Assembly (NCBI GenBank): GCA_963737655.1 | Contig: CAVTTN010000002.1 | Coordinates: 1,184,001 to 1,248,000 of the forward strand | Length of the DNA stretch: 64,000 nucleotides | Direction of reading: 5' to 3' | DNA from: an uncultured Planctomycetota bacterium | GTDB taxonomy: Bacteria; Planctomycetota; Planctomycetia; Isosphaerales; Isosphaeraceae | Shown: in pieces, positions 1 through 11,600 of the stretch | How the letters are laid out: each line of letters opens with the position of its first letter | Position numbering within the stretch: position 1 is the stretch's first letter | Program-made: the position numbers and the translations under genes | The notes under the pieces: generated by a model | Seen by the model: only the letters and a program-made list of their open reading frames with translations | Databases searched by the model: none | What the model was told of the DNA's origin: nothing

Positions 1-80
1 AGCCCGGCGCGCGCCGACGGACGAGAATTTTGAGGAAATCGCCAAAGAGGGCGCCTGGCCCGCTCGATCGGGCCGGCGAG

Positions 81-3000
81 TCATTTCCTGGCGGGACCCG
101 CCTTCTTGAGGAGGGCATCGAGGTCGTCCCAGAACGCCTTCCACGCCGCGCGTTCCCCGTCGGGCAGTTTCGCCAGGCCGTCGGGATCGCGGACTCGGGC
201 GAGTTGGGGGCTTTGCTTCAATTCGTCGAGGAATGTGCCGATTTGGGGACGAAGGGGGTCCCTGGCGTCCTTCGCGACGCGGTCCCAGGCCGCCAGGTTG
301 GCGCGGAGCCATCCGAGGGCCTGGTTCCGCAGCCGGGTCCGCTCGGGGGCGTCCGGGCGGGCCTCGTCCCGCCCTTCGCCCGAGCCGGCAAGGACGGCCA
401 TGCTCGCGGCGTTGTAGAGGTGGGGCGAGTCGAGCTTGTCGGCGAGCTTCGGGTCGAGCTCGAAGGCCGTCGCATAGAGCCGGGCCGCGGCAGAAGCCAG
501 CGAATCGCGGGCGGCGACGGCGGCGAGGATGAGGGCCTGCTGGGCCTCCGCCGGAGTCTCCTCGCCCCGGAGGACGGCCGGGAATCGTTCCTCGACCCGC
601 GCCAGGCCCTCGGCCTCGGCGAGCCAGGAGGCCGACGGGTAATTCCAGCCGGGCCGTCGCGACCCGAGATCGTGCCCGCGTCGAAAGGCCTCGCGTGCCT
701 CTCGGAATCGGGCCTGGGACATCAGGATCAGGCCGAGGTTGCAATGGGCCTCCGCGAAGCCGGGCTCCAGCCGGATCGTCTCGCGGAACGCCTTGACGGC
801 CCCGTCGAGGTCGCCGCCGTCTCGCAGGCTGTTGCCGAGGTGGTAATGGGCCCGGGCACGCTTCGGGTCGAGGCGGACCGCCTCGCGCAATTCCGAGGTC
901 GCGGCCCGGAAGTCTCCCTTGCCACTGAGGGCCATGCCGAGGTTTTCCCGGACCTTCGCGAGGTCGGGCCGCAGGCGGACGGCCTCCCGATACTCGGCGA
1001 TCGCGGCATCGAGCTGTCCCCTCCCGGCGAGGGAGGCCCCGAGGTTGCTGTGCCCCTCGGCGAACTCGGGCCCGAACCGGACGGCGGCCCGGAATTCGGC
1101 GAGGCCCTCCTCCGCGTTCCCGCGGGCCCTCAGGGCCAGCCCGAGCGTGTTGTGGACGACCGGGCTCCCGGGCGCAGGGCCAGAGCCGCGGTCAGGGATC
1201 GAATCGTCTCCTCGTCCGTCGTCGGGTCGATGCCGGCCGCGAAGGCGACCCAGAAATCCCCGGGAAACCGGCTCCTGGCGAGTCGGATGACCCGGCGGGC
1301 CCGTTCTCGTTCGCCGACGAACCGGAGCGATGCGGTCAACAGGACGAGGCTGAGGGCCGGCTGCCGGGCGAGGGCCGGGGCGTCGTCGGCCAGACGGAGC
1401 AAGCCCTGGCGAATCTCCGCCTCGGGGCGGCCGTACAGGGCGCGGAGGCCGTCTCGCCACGGGTCGGGATCGATGGCCTTGGCGACGGCCAGGAGGCGCC
1501 CCCAGGCGGGGTTGTTTGGGGCCTTCGCCAATCGTCGCCGGACGTAGATCCAGTGGTCCAGGGCCGCCGCGACGTCCCCGGCCGAGGGCCGTCCCTTGAC
1601 CCGGGGCACGAGCGTCGAGGGATCGGCTCCGGGGGCGTCCGGGCTCCAGCCGTAGTCACCGAACGCGGCGAGGTAGGAGCGATCGGCCCGTTCGAGGCCG
1701 GATAAGTCCGCGAACTCGCTCCGGACGGACTCCAGATCGTCCACGAGCCGCTGGAGCCGGTCGGCTTCGGCGAGGCGGCCCCGGGCCTCTCGGAGACGCC
1801 GGGGCGAGCCGTTGCCGAACCGACCGGCGGCGAGGCCGTCGGCCGTGGAGAGGGCCACGCGGGCGTCCTGGCGGGCCGAGGCCGCCTCGGGGCCGGAGGC
1901 CGTCTCGGCGCGATCCAGGGCGCGGCCCGCCTCCTCGACCAGGGCGGCGATCCGGACGTCCCGCTCCCGGGTCTGCTGATACGCCCAGGTGCCGGCCCCT
2001 CCGCCGACGATCACCAGGGCGAGGATCGAGCCGGCCAGGGCGACGGTCAGGCGACGCCGGCGGGCCTCCTCCTCGGCGCGGGCCTCGGCCCTCGCGCTCG
2101 ACCCCGGCGAGCCGCAATCGCTCCTGGACGCCGGCCAGGTAGGCGGTCATCCTCCCGGCCACGCCGCGGGCGTCGCGAGGTCGGTCCCTCGGCTCGGGAG
2201 CCAGGCAGGATCGGGCCAGGGCGAGCAGGTCGGGCTCGGCCCCGCAGGCGTCCAGCCTCGCGAAGGCATCGGCCAGGTCGCCGATCGCCGATCGCCGGCG
2301 GAGGTCGGCCGGGGAGTCGCCGACGAACGGGGGCTGGCCCGTCAGGACCTCGCAGAGGATCGCGCCCAGGCCGAACACGTCGGAGCGTTCGTCGAGGCGG
2401 TCGATCTCGCCCCGGGCCTGCTCCGGGGGCATGTACGCTGGAGTGCCGAGCACCGATCCGGCCCGGGAGTCGCCGGCGTCCGATCCGCTGCGCACGGTGC
2501 GGACGGCGCCGGCTCCGGCGTCCGGCCGCGAGGCCGCCTGGTCGTCGGCCTCCCCGCCTTCGCGCAAGACCTTGGCGAGTCCCCAGTCCATCACCTGGAC
2601 CTCGCCGAAGCTGCCGACCATCACGTTGGACGGCTTCAGGTCGCGGTGGATCACGCCCCGGGAGTGCGCGTAGGCGACCGTCTGCGCCACCTGCTCGAAG
2701 ATGCCGAGGTAGCGGGGCCGGTCGATCGAGGGATCGGGGCGATCCCGGAGCAAGGCCGAGAGGGTCCGGCCTCGCACCAGCTTCATGGCGAAGAAGGCGC
2801 GGAGGTCGGCCAGGGTTCCCAGGTCGTAGACCGGGACGATCCCGGGGTGCTGGAGCTGGCCGCCGATTTGAGCCTCCTCGACGAACCGGCGGAGCATCTC
2901 CGGGTCGTCTCGGTGGGCCTCCAGTTGCACCTTGATGGCCAGGTCGCGGCCGAGATCGACGTCCCGGCCGCGGATCACGGCGCCCATGCCCCCTCGGGCG

Positions 3001-3446
3001 ATCTCCTCCAGGAACTGGTAGCGAGGAGGCCGGCCGTCCGCTCGCAGGGAAGGCCCGCGGCCGAGGCGGGGGAGGCCGGGAGGGCCGTCGGGGTCGCCCG
3101 GATCGCGGAGGAAGGCCCGGGGCGGATCGCCCCCGGGCCAGAGGTCCGCCAGGGTGCTGGGCTCGGGCGGCCGGGGCGATGTCCCGCTCGGGGAGGCGGT
3201 GGCCGGCACTTCCGGAGAGTCGCCCCGGGCCTCGCGGGCCAGGTCCCGGATCGGCCCGACGGCGACGTGGAAGCGGTCCTGCTCCGCGAAGAACCCGGCG
3301 AGCGAACCGGCGATCTCCGGGTGCCGCGCGAGCAGTTCGAGCCGGTCGGGGGCCCGGCCGGCCTCGAGGTCGGCGAAGTAGGCCCCGAGGACCTCGTAGA
3401 GCTGGCGCTCGCGGTCCAGGGGATCGATGCCCGGCCCGTCGTTCAT
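81..3446 (-). CDS. Ser/Thr protein kinase with TM segment and C-terminal TPR repeats (two apparent frameshifts, ~2095 and ~1170)
   Basis: Hanks motifs IARGGMGAV, AIKV, HRDLKPSN, DWGLAK, GTPAYMPPEQ in ORF 1656..3989 from MNDGPG (ATG 3446); continues in the frames of ORFs 1130..2014 and 81..1460 with TPRs (HNTLGLAL, HSNLGASL, HYHLGNSL). Confidence 0.85.
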
Positions 3447-3999
3447 GGTTCCTCCATCCGAGAGCGAAGGGTCTTGAGGCCCCGGTGCAGCAGGCCCGAG
3501 ACGGCCGGGAGGCTCCGCCCCATCTCCCGGCAGACCTCGGGGACCGTCAGGCCGCGGAGGTGGCGGAGCTCCAGGGCCGTCCTCTGGTCCTCGGGCAGCT
3601 CGGCCATCGCCTCGATCATCCCCAGGAGCGTCTCCTGGTGGCAGGCCGCCGCGCTGGGCGAGGGGACGTCCGAGGCCAGCCAGGCGTCGAGCCGGGCCGA
3701 GGAGGCGTCCAGGGCGGCCTCCAGGGGGCGAGCGTCGTCGGCCGGGCGTCGGCCGGTCCTCCTCTGCGCGTCGAGGATCTGGCGGGCGAGGATGGCGCGG
3801 AGCCACGCGGCCTTCTCGGCGTCGGTCGTCCCCCGATACTGGTCGCGGGCCTGGTGGGCCTTCAGGAGCGTCTGCTGGGCGAGGTCCGAAGGGTCCAGCG
3901 CCCTCGGGCCCCCGGGCCGACCTGGAGACGGGCCAGGAGCCGCAGGTAGTCGCCGTAGCTCTCCAGGGGCCGACCCGGCCCGTCGCCATCGCGGGGCAT
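3443..3999 (-). CDS. ECF sigma-70 factor, planctomycete type (frameshift ~3902)
   Basis: YGDYLRLLARLQ, then after the shift LDPSDLAQQTLLKA...AWLRAIL...LPEDQRTALELRHLRGL...SGLLHRGLKTLR; stop overlaps the kinase start (ATGA). Confidence 0.85.
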
Positions 4000-4196
4000 G
4001 CGTGGCCTCCCCACGGAAGGACGCCCCGGGCGGCCCCGGTGCGCGCCGACGTCGGAAAGAATTCTTCGGGAGGCGCGGTCCGAACCGCCGGGCGGACGTC
4101 GCCCGGTCACTCCAGCGACCATGATCGGCCGGTCGCGACGACGGATCAAGGGTCAGGCCGACCTCCGGCCGCCTTCGCGGACCTCCGATCGGAGGA

Positions 4197-5267
4197 TCAC
4201 TCCGAATCCCCCTCCAGGGGGAGCCGGACGGCCCGGCCCTCGCGGGCCGATCGGTAGATGGCCCGGATGATCTCGACGGACTTCCTCCCCTCGCGGCCGT
4301 CGACCATCGGCGGGCGGCCCTCGTCGATCGCGGCGAGGAAGTCGGCGATCTGGTCGCGGTGGCCGGCGTGGGAGATGCCTCTCGGGTCGCTCGCCCCGGC
4401 CTTCGCGCCGCTCGGCGCGTTCATGGCGGCGATGATTTCCGCGTCGCTGGGCACCCTGAGCTGGAAGTCCCAGAGGGTGATGTCGTCCTGCTCGACCCGG
4501 GCCGAGCCGCGGTCCCCGTGGACCTCGGTCCTCTTCACCAGCCCGGGATAGGCGGCGGTGGTCGCCTCGATCGTCCCCAGCGCCCCGCTCCGGAACCGGA
4601 GGGCGGCCACGGCGGTATCCTCGACCTCGATCCGCTCGTGGGCGAGCGTGGCGGCCAGGGCGGTCACCGTCTCCACGTCCCCCATCAGCCACTGGAGGAG
4701 GTCCACGTTGTGGATCGCCTGATTCATCAGGGCGCCCCCGCCGTCGAGCTCCCACGTCCCCCGCCAGCCCCCCGAATCGTAATATTCCTGGGTCCGCCAC
4801 CATTTTACATAGGTATCGCCCAGGGTGAGCCGGCCGAACCGGCCCGAGTCGATCGCGGCCTTCAGCGCGAGATTGGCGGGCGAGAATCGCGACGGGAAGA
4901 TCGTGCAGAGCCTCACTCCGGCCTCGTCGCACGCGGAGATGATCGCGTCGCATCGAGGCAGGGTGATCTCCAAAGGCTTCTCCACCACGACATGCTTGCC
5001 CGCCCTCGCCGCCGAGACGGCCGGGTCCCGATGCGCGCCGCTCGGCGTGCAGACGCAGACGACGTCGAGGTCCGATCGGCCGAGCATGGCCTCCAGATCG
5101 TCATAAATTCGCGTGTCTCCGCCGACGATCCCGGCAATCCTCGCGCCGTTCGCCTCCGACCGGCTGAACGCCGCCACGACCCGGGCCCCGGGGATCTCGG
5201 CGATCGCCCGGGCATGAAACTCCGCGATCATCCCGCAGCCGACCAGCCCGAAACCGTGCTCTGGCAT
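4197..5267 (-). CDS. Gfo/Idh/MocA family oxidoreductase
   Basis: GLVGCGMIA, CTPSGAH, VEKP, GGGALMNQAIHNVD. Confidence 0.93.
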   Translation of the reverse strand: MPEHGFGLVGCGMIAEFHARAIAEIPGARVVAAFSRSEANGARIAGIVGGDTRIYDDLEAMLGRSDLDVVCVCTPSGAHRDPAVSAARAGKHVVVEKPLEITLPRCDAIISACDEAGVRLCTIFPSRFSPANLALKAAIDSGRFGRLTLGDTYVKWWRTQEYYDSGGWRGTWELDGGGALMNQAIHNVDLLQWLMGDVETVTALAATLAHERIEVEDTAVAALRFRSGALGTIEATTAAYPGLVKRTEVHGDRGSARVEQDDITLWDFQLRVPSDAEIIAAMNAPSGAKAGASDPRGISHAGHRDQIADFLAAIDEGRPPMVDGREGRKSVEIIRAIYRSAREGRAVRLPLEGDSE

Positions 5268-5330
5268 GGGGTCCCTCGCTCGGAAAGGTGGGGCCTCGAC
5301 GGCGTGGAGGGCCGGCCCCGATCTGGCCCG

Positions 5331-6548
5331 TCAGGACAGCCGGACCCGCGCGATCTTCCGCTTGCCCACGCGGACGACCAGGCCGTCGGGGACGTCGACC
5401 AGGGCCTTGGGATCGACGATCACCCGGCGGTCGGGGCCGAGGGTGAAGCCCCCGGCCTCGATCGTCCTCCTCGCGTTGGAGGTGCTCGATTCGAACCCGA
5501 GCGCGACGATCAATCGCGGGGCCGCGATCCGCCCGTCGGCGTCCAGGAGGTCCCGGCCGATCGGGGCGTCGGGGATGTCTTCGGGGTCTTCGCCCTTCGC
5601 CCGGCGGCGGAACGCCTCGGCCGCGGCATCGGCGGCGGCCTGGCCGTGGTACTGGGCGGCGATCGCCTTGCCCAGCGCCTCCTTGGCGTCCCTCGGGTTC
5701 ACGCCCGGGGCGAGCAGGGCCTCGACCTCGGCCATCGGCAGGTCGGTCAGCAAGGTGAAATACTGCCTCATCGGCTCGTCGGGCAGGCTCATGATCTTGC
5801 CAAACTGGGCGTTGGCGTCCTCGGCCACGCCGATGTAGTTGCCCAGGCTCTTGCCCATCCGCCGGTGGCCGTCGGTCCCCACCAGGATCGGCATCGTCAG
5901 TGCCACCTGGGGGGATTGATTTTCCTCTTGCTGCAAGTCCCTGGCCACGAGCAGGTTAAAAAGTTGTTCCGTGCCGCCGAGTTCGACGTCCGCCCGGATC
6001 TCGACCGAATCCCAGCCCTGCATCAGCGGATAGAGGCATTCGCTCAAATAGACCGGCTTCTCTTCCTTCAGGCGTTTCGAGAAGTCCTCCCGGGCGCTGA
6101 TCTTGCCGATGGTGGTCCTCTGCGTGAGGCGGAGGACGTCCAGGAACGCCCACTTGCCGAACCAGTCGCCGTTGTGGTGGACCTCGGCGCGGTCGAGGTC
6201 GATGATCCGGCCGACCTGCTTCAAGTAATCGCGGGCGTTGCGCTCGACCTGTTCGCGAGAGAGGCCCGACCGGGCGGCGTCCCGGCCCGAGGGGTCGCCG
6301 ACCATCGCGGTGTAGTCGCCGATGATGATCACGGCGGTGTGGCCGAATTCCTGGAACTGCCGGAGTTTACGCAAGGGGACCGTGTGGCCGAGGTGGACGT
6401 CGATCCCGGTCGGGTCGATGCCGTACTTGACCCTCAAGGGCGTCCCCGAGGCGACGGAGCGCCCGAGCTTGGATCGAAATTCGTCCTCGGGGACGACCGC
6501 CTCGACCCCCCGGCGGAGGGCCTCCCACTGCTCTTCCGCGCTGACCAT
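5331..6548 (-). CDS. tyrS: Tyrosine--tRNA ligase
   Basis: KYGIDPT...HLGH (HIGH), GDPSGR, YPLMQGWD, ELGGTEQLFN, RMGKSLGN (KMSKS variant), C-terminal S4-like domain ending VRVGKRK; start MVSAEEQ. Confidence 0.96.
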   Translation of the reverse strand: MVSAEEQWEALRRGVEAVVPEDEFRSKLGRSVASGTPLRVKYGIDPTGIDVHLGHTVPLRKLRQFQEFGHTAVIIIGDYTAMVGDPSGRDAARSGLSREQVERNARDYLKQVGRIIDLDRAEVHHNGDWFGKWAFLDVLRLTQRTTIGKISAREDFSKRLKEEKPVYLSECLYPLMQGWDSVEIRADVELGGTEQLFNLLVARDLQQEENQSPQVALTMPILVGTDGHRRMGKSLGNYIGVAEDANAQFGKIMSLPDEPMRQYFTLLTDLPMAEVEALLAPGVNPRDAKEALGKAIAAQYHGQAAADAAAEAFRRRAKGEDPEDIPDAPIGRDLLDADGRIAAPRLIVALGFESSTSNARRTIEAGGFTLGPDRRVIVDPKALVDVPDGLVVRVGKRKIARVRLS

Positions 6549-6723
6549 GAGACGATCGACCCCCGCGGCCTCGCTCGGGGGCACCTCGCCCCGGCCGCGA
6601 CCGGCGATTCTAGGCCAGCCGGGACGGACCCGGCAAGGTGGCCGACTCGCCCGTCGTCGGGTACGATGAGGTCGTACAGAGCCGTTTCGTTCGCCTCGCC
6701 CCCCGTCCCGGAGACCGGCCCCG

Positions 6724-7785
6724 ATGCTCCCGCCCGGCGCGAACCCGATCGCATTGGCCATCCTGGGATTCCTGGTGATCGGGGTCACGGGGGCGGTCTT
6801 GACATCCTGGGCGTTCCTGCTGGTGCGGGCCGTCCAGGGCATGCCGATCTTGCCCCGAGTCGCGAAGCCGCCGGTGCCGTGGGGGCCGTGGTCGGTCCTG
6901 GCGGCCCTGGGCCTGTGGTTCCTCTGCCAGAACCTGGCGATGGTCGTCTATGTTCTGGTGAGGAAGTCGGTCAACCCGGGCGTCGTGATCGATCTCAAGT
7001 CCATCTCGATCCAGGACTTGCTGCTGGTGGGCTCGCTGGCGAACCTCGCCTCCTCGGGCCTGATCATCGCCTTGCTTCGCAAGACCTCGAACGCCCGGCC
7101 CGCCGACCTCGGCCTGAGCCTTGGAGACGCTCCGGGGAACGTCCTTCGGGGGATGGTGGCGTGCTTCGTCCTCCTCCCGCCGGTGTATGGAGTGATGGTC
7201 GGGGCCGTGAAGATCTGGGCCCCGAAGGCCCATCCGGTGGACCAGATGATCCGCCAGGGGGCCTCGCCCGGCACGGCGGCCCTGGCGCTGTTCGCGGCCG
7301 TGATCGCCGCCCCCTTGACCGAGGAACTCCTGTTCCGGGGCGTCCTGCTCGGCTGGCTCTGGAAGCTCGGGGGCCGCACGGGACCGATCTCGCCGGTCGA
7401 TCCCGAGGGGATCCTGGTCCTCGAAGGCCCGGAGTCCGAGCCGATCGAGATCGGGGAACTCCCGGACGAGCCGGCCCTCGGCCTCATCGACCCCTGGACG
7501 GCCCCCCAGGCGGCCATCGTCCTGGCGAAACCCGAGGTCCGGGAGGTCTCGGAAATCCGGGGCTTCCTGGCGAATGTGGTGACCTCGGTGATCTTCGCGG
7601 GCCTGCACTATCAGCAATGGCCGGCGCCCCTGGCCCTGTTCGTCCTCTCGCTCGGGCTGGGCCACGTCTACCGGAGGACCGGCAGCCTCTGGGCCCCGAT
7701 CGCTCTGCACGCCACCTTCAACGGCCTGAGCACGACCTTGATGCTCCTCTCGGCCGCGTCGGGCGCGCTGCCCTATCACAAATAA
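6724..7785 (+). CDS. CPBP (CAAX/Abi) family intramembrane metalloprotease
   Basis: Multiple TM segments, EELLFRG, FAGLH, HATFN motifs. Confidence 0.9.
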   Translation: MLPPGANPIALAILGFLVIGVTGAVLTSWAFLLVRAVQGMPILPRVAKPPVPWGPWSVLAALGLWFLCQNLAMVVYVLVRKSVNPGVVIDLKSISIQDLLLVGSLANLASSGLIIALLRKTSNARPADLGLSLGDAPGNVLRGMVACFVLLPPVYGVMVGAVKIWAPKAHPVDQMIRQGASPGTAALALFAAVIAAPLTEELLFRGVLLGWLWKLGGRTGPISPVDPEGILVLEGPESEPIEIGELPDEPALGLIDPWTAPQAAIVLAKPEVREVSEIRGFLANVVTSVIFAGLHYQQWPAPLALFVLSLGLGHVYRRTGSLWAPIALHATFNGLSTTLMLLSAASGALPYHK

Positions 7786-7867
7786 GGTCCGAGGCGCGGC
7801 ATCGCGATCATCTCGACCGGAGACGGCCCGAAATCCGGCTGGCCAAAAAAATCCCCAAGATTTCCCC

Positions 7868-7896
7868 TTGGCAGGCCGATGGGGAGTCGGTATATT
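7868..7896 (+). promoter_or_regulatory. Putative sigma70 promoter
   Basis: TTGGCA (7868-7873), 17 bp spacer, TATATT (7891-7896), with an A/T-rich tract upstream in otherwise GC-rich DNA. Confidence 0.55.
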
Positions 7897-8290
7897 GCTC
7901 TACCCCCGACCGATTGGTTCCGAAGACGCTCGACCGCCCCGGGGATGACTTCCTCAGGCGGCGATCGCTCCCTCCCCCGGGCTTGATCCGGTGGGAATTT
8001 GAGTGATCCGAGAGCGGCGGGCGGACCGATGGACGGGGGACACGATCGCGACGGGGGAACGGATCGCACCGCCGACGAACTCTCCTGACCCTTTCCCCCA
8101 GCATCGGCAGCACGCGAACGAGGTCTCCCGCGAGGGTGTCCCTCGCGGATCGACGGCCCGACCGGCGCGACGACGTGCCTCGGACCGGTTCGAGACTCGG
8201 GACCTCGGTCGCCGCCAAGGGATTGGATCGAAGGGGCGAACCCGCGATGACCGCCGGGGCCGTCCCAACTTCTCGGGGAGCTTCCGTCCG

Positions 8291-8494
8291 ATGAGCGTGG
8301 CGAATTCCAAGAAGAACGCACCCTTGCATACTGGCTTCGAGTGGGCCGGCGTCGTGGCCCGCGTCCGACGTTCCGGCGGCTCGTCCCGATCGGGACGCCG
8401 CTCGGCCCTGCTCGGCGTGTTGACCTCGGTCTACGCCAACTCCTCCCGCGGCAACGGCCCTCGGCCGACCTCCACCGGCACCGACCGCTCCTGA
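8291..8494 (+). CDS. Putative small basic protein (67 aa)
   Basis: MSVANSKKNAPLHTGFEWAG...; GGGGAG about 10 nt upstream of the ATG; no recognisable domain. Confidence 0.35.
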   Translation: MSVANSKKNAPLHTGFEWAGVVARVRRSGGSSRSGRRSALLGVLTSVYANSSRGNGPRPTSTGTDRS

Positions 8495-8504
8495 AGTCCG
8501 CAAG

Positions 8505-8609
8505 AACCGCCAGGTCCAAGACGCCGAGAACGCCAAGGGAACTCGGGAAGAGGGGAAATTTTCCTCCTTTTTCCCCTCTCCCGTTGGCGTTCTCGGCGTC
8601 TTGGCGGTT
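8505..8609. repeat. Long inverted repeat / hairpin element
   Basis: CCAAGACGCCGAGAACGCCAA (8516-8536) is the exact reverse complement of TTGGCGTTCTCGGCGTCTTGG (8584-8604); inner purine/pyrimidine arms. Confidence 0.85.
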
Positions 8610-8645
8610 AATCTCGTCGCTTTCCCGGGCACAGGAGGCCGATGG

Positions 8646-11600
8646 ATGAAGATCCGGGCGATCGTCGGGGCGGTGGCGGTGGCGGTGGCGGTGGTCGGCG
8701 GGACGATCCTCGGGGCGGCCCGGGGGGACGAGCCGATCGTCGCCGACTGGGTCTTCCAGAACGGCACGGTCTTCGACGGCACCGGCGCCGAGGGCCGCAA
8801 GGCCGACGTGGCCATCCGGGGCGACCGGATCGTCGCCGTCGGCGCGTTCGCCTTCGACGCGAGGAGGGCGAAGGTCGTCGATGCCTCCGGCCTGATCGTC
8901 GCCCCGGGCTTCATCGACCTCCACACCCATTCCGACGAAGGCATCGCCCGGCCCAAGCTCCGCTCCAACCGCAACTACGTGGCCCAGGGCGTCACCACCG
9001 TCGTCACCGGCAACTGCGGGAGCGGCCCGATCGACATCCGCGCCTATTTCGCCGCCATCGAGAGCGGAGGGGCGCCGGCTCGAACGTGATCCACCTGATC
9101 CCCCAGGGATCGCTCCGAAAGACCGTCCTCGGCACCGCCGACCGCCGCGCCGACGCCAAGAGCCTGGCCAAGATGAAGGAGATCGTGGCCCGGGAGATGG
9201 ACGCCGGCGCCTGGGGGATGTCCTCGGGCCTGATCTACGTCCCCAGCCGCTACGCCGACACCGACGAGCTCGTCGAGCTGGCCAAGATCGTGGCTAAAGA
9301 TGGCGGGATCTACGCCTCGCACATCCGCGACGAGGAATCCGGCCTCCTCGCCTCGATCGACGAGGCCCTGGCCGTCGCCCGCCGGTCCGGGGCGGCCGTC
9401 CACATCTCCCACATCAAGGCCAACGGCAAGCCCCAGTGGGGCAAGATCGAATCGGCCCTCAAGAAGATCGAAAAGGCCCGCGCCGAGGGCTTCAAGGTCA
9501 CGGCCGACCAGTATCCCTACATCGCCTCCAGCACCCAACTTGCCGCGATGGTCGTCCCGCACTGGGCCCGGCAGGGCTCGGCCGTCGATTTCGCGAGGAT
9601 CGCCGCCGACCCGGTCGAAGGGCTCCGGCTCCGCAAGGCGATCCAGACGGAGGTGGACGACCGCGAGGGCGGCAGCTCGATCCGGATCGCCCGGTACCCC
9701 GTCAAGCCCGACCGCGTGGGCCACGATCTGGTAGCGATCGCCGAGGCCGAAATGACGACCCCTCTTGAGGTTGTGCTCGACATCGAGCGCCACGGAGGGG
9801 CCCAGGCGATCAGCTTCGGGATGAGCGAGGACGACGTTCGCACCGCGATGGCCCGCGACTTCGTCGCGACCGCCTCCGACGCCTCCACCCACCTCCCCGG
9901 CTCGGGCGACCAGATCCACCCCCGGGCGTATGGCACGTTCCCGAGGAAAATTCGTTACGCGTTGGACGAGAAGGTCCTGAGCCTCGAAGCCGCGATCCGC
10001 GCGGGGACGGGCCTGCCGGCCGCGATCCTGGGCCTGCCGGACCGGGGGACGATCCGCGTCGGCAACTTCGCCGACCTCATCCTGTTTGATCCCAACACGT
10101 TCCGCGACACCGCCACCTTCGACGAGCCGACGAAGCCCCCCACCGGGCTGGCGTTCGTGTTCGTGAACGGCCAGCCGGCCGTCGAACGGGGCGTGTTCCG
10201 CAACGTGCTGGCGGGTCGGGTGTTGAAGAGGCAGAAGGACGGGCCCGCCGAGGTCGTGGTGAAGGCCGGGAAGGTCTGGACGGGCGACCCGTCCCGCCCC
10301 TGGGCCGAGGCGGTGGCGATCCGCGGCGGATCGATCGTCGCCGTCGGCACCTTCGACGAGATCGAGAGGTTCCGGGGGCCGGGGACCGAGGTCCTCGACC
10401 GCCCGGACGGCCTGGTGGTCCCGGGTCTGATCGACGCCCACGCCCATCTGACCGAACTGGGCGCCGAGATCGAGCAGGTGGACCTCCGAGGCGTGAAGAC
10501 GCCCGAGGCCGCCGCCCAGAAGGTGGCCGAGGCCGGGAAAGCCAGGCCCGGGGACACCTGGATCCTCGGCCGGAACTGGGACCAGAGCCTCTGGCCGGGC
10601 GGCGAGTTCGCCTCGTCGGAAGCGCTCGACAAGGTCGCCCCAAATCGCCCGGTCTGGCTCATTCGCGTGGACGGCCACGCCGGATGGGCCAACGCCGAGG
10701 CGATGCGGAGGGCGAAAATCGGCGTCTCGACCAGGCCGCCGGCCGACGGGCAGATCGTCCGCGACAAGGCCGGCAACCCCCTGGGCGTGTTCGTCGATGG
10801 CGCGATGGATCTGGTCGCCCGGCACGTCCCTCCGCCGACGAAGGAGGCGATCTCGCGGCGGATCCTCGCCGGCCAGGAAGCCTGCCTCCGCCTCGGCCTG
10901 ACCGGCGTCCACGACGCCAGCGTGACCCCCGAGGAAGCGGAGATTTTCCGCAATCTGGATAAGGAAGGCAAGCTGAAGCTCCGCGTGTACGGGATGGCCC
11001 TGCCGCCGAAGGGCAAGGAGGTCGAGTTCGCCTCGTCGGCGCCGATCCCTCGCAAACCCGAACGCCGGTTTGAGATGAGGGCGATCAAGGTCTTCATCGA
11101 CGGCGCGATGGGGTCGCGAGGCGCCCTGTTGTTCGAGCCCTACGCCGACGACCCGAAGAACTCCGGCCTCCAGCTTGCCGACCCGAAGGCCCTGGAACGA
11201 CTGACCATCTCGGCCCTGAGGCACGGCTGGCAGGTCTGCACCCACGCGATCGGCGACAAGGGCAATGCGCTCGTCCTGGAGGCGTATGGCCATGCGCTCA
11301 AGACAGTGCCCGAGGCCAAAGACCGCCGGCTCCGGGTCGAGCATGCCCAGGTCGTCCGCAAGGAGGACGTGGCCCGGTTCGCCGAGCTCGGGCTGATTGC
11401 CTCGATGCAGCCGAGCCACGCCAGCGACGACATGCGATGGGCCGACGCCCGGCTCGGGACCGAGCGAGCCGAGGGGGCCTATGCCTGGCGGTGGTTCCTG
11501 GACGCGGGCGTTCCGATCGCCTTCGGCAGCGATTTTCCCGTCGAGGTCGCCGACCCCCTGTGGGGCCTCTACGCGGCCGTGACCCGGCAGGATCGCCAGG

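Noticed and set aside
5840..5865. TyrS KMSKS replaced by RMGKS
   Set aside because: KMGKS-type variants are common in TyrS and the catalytic second Lys is retained.
4359..8006. Very long antisense and alternative-frame ORFs (1215 aa here; also 9044-11833, 11629-14538 and others)
   Set aside because: These are shadow ORFs typical of high-GC DNA, lie over well-supported genes, are Arg/Gly/Pro-rich and show no motifs.
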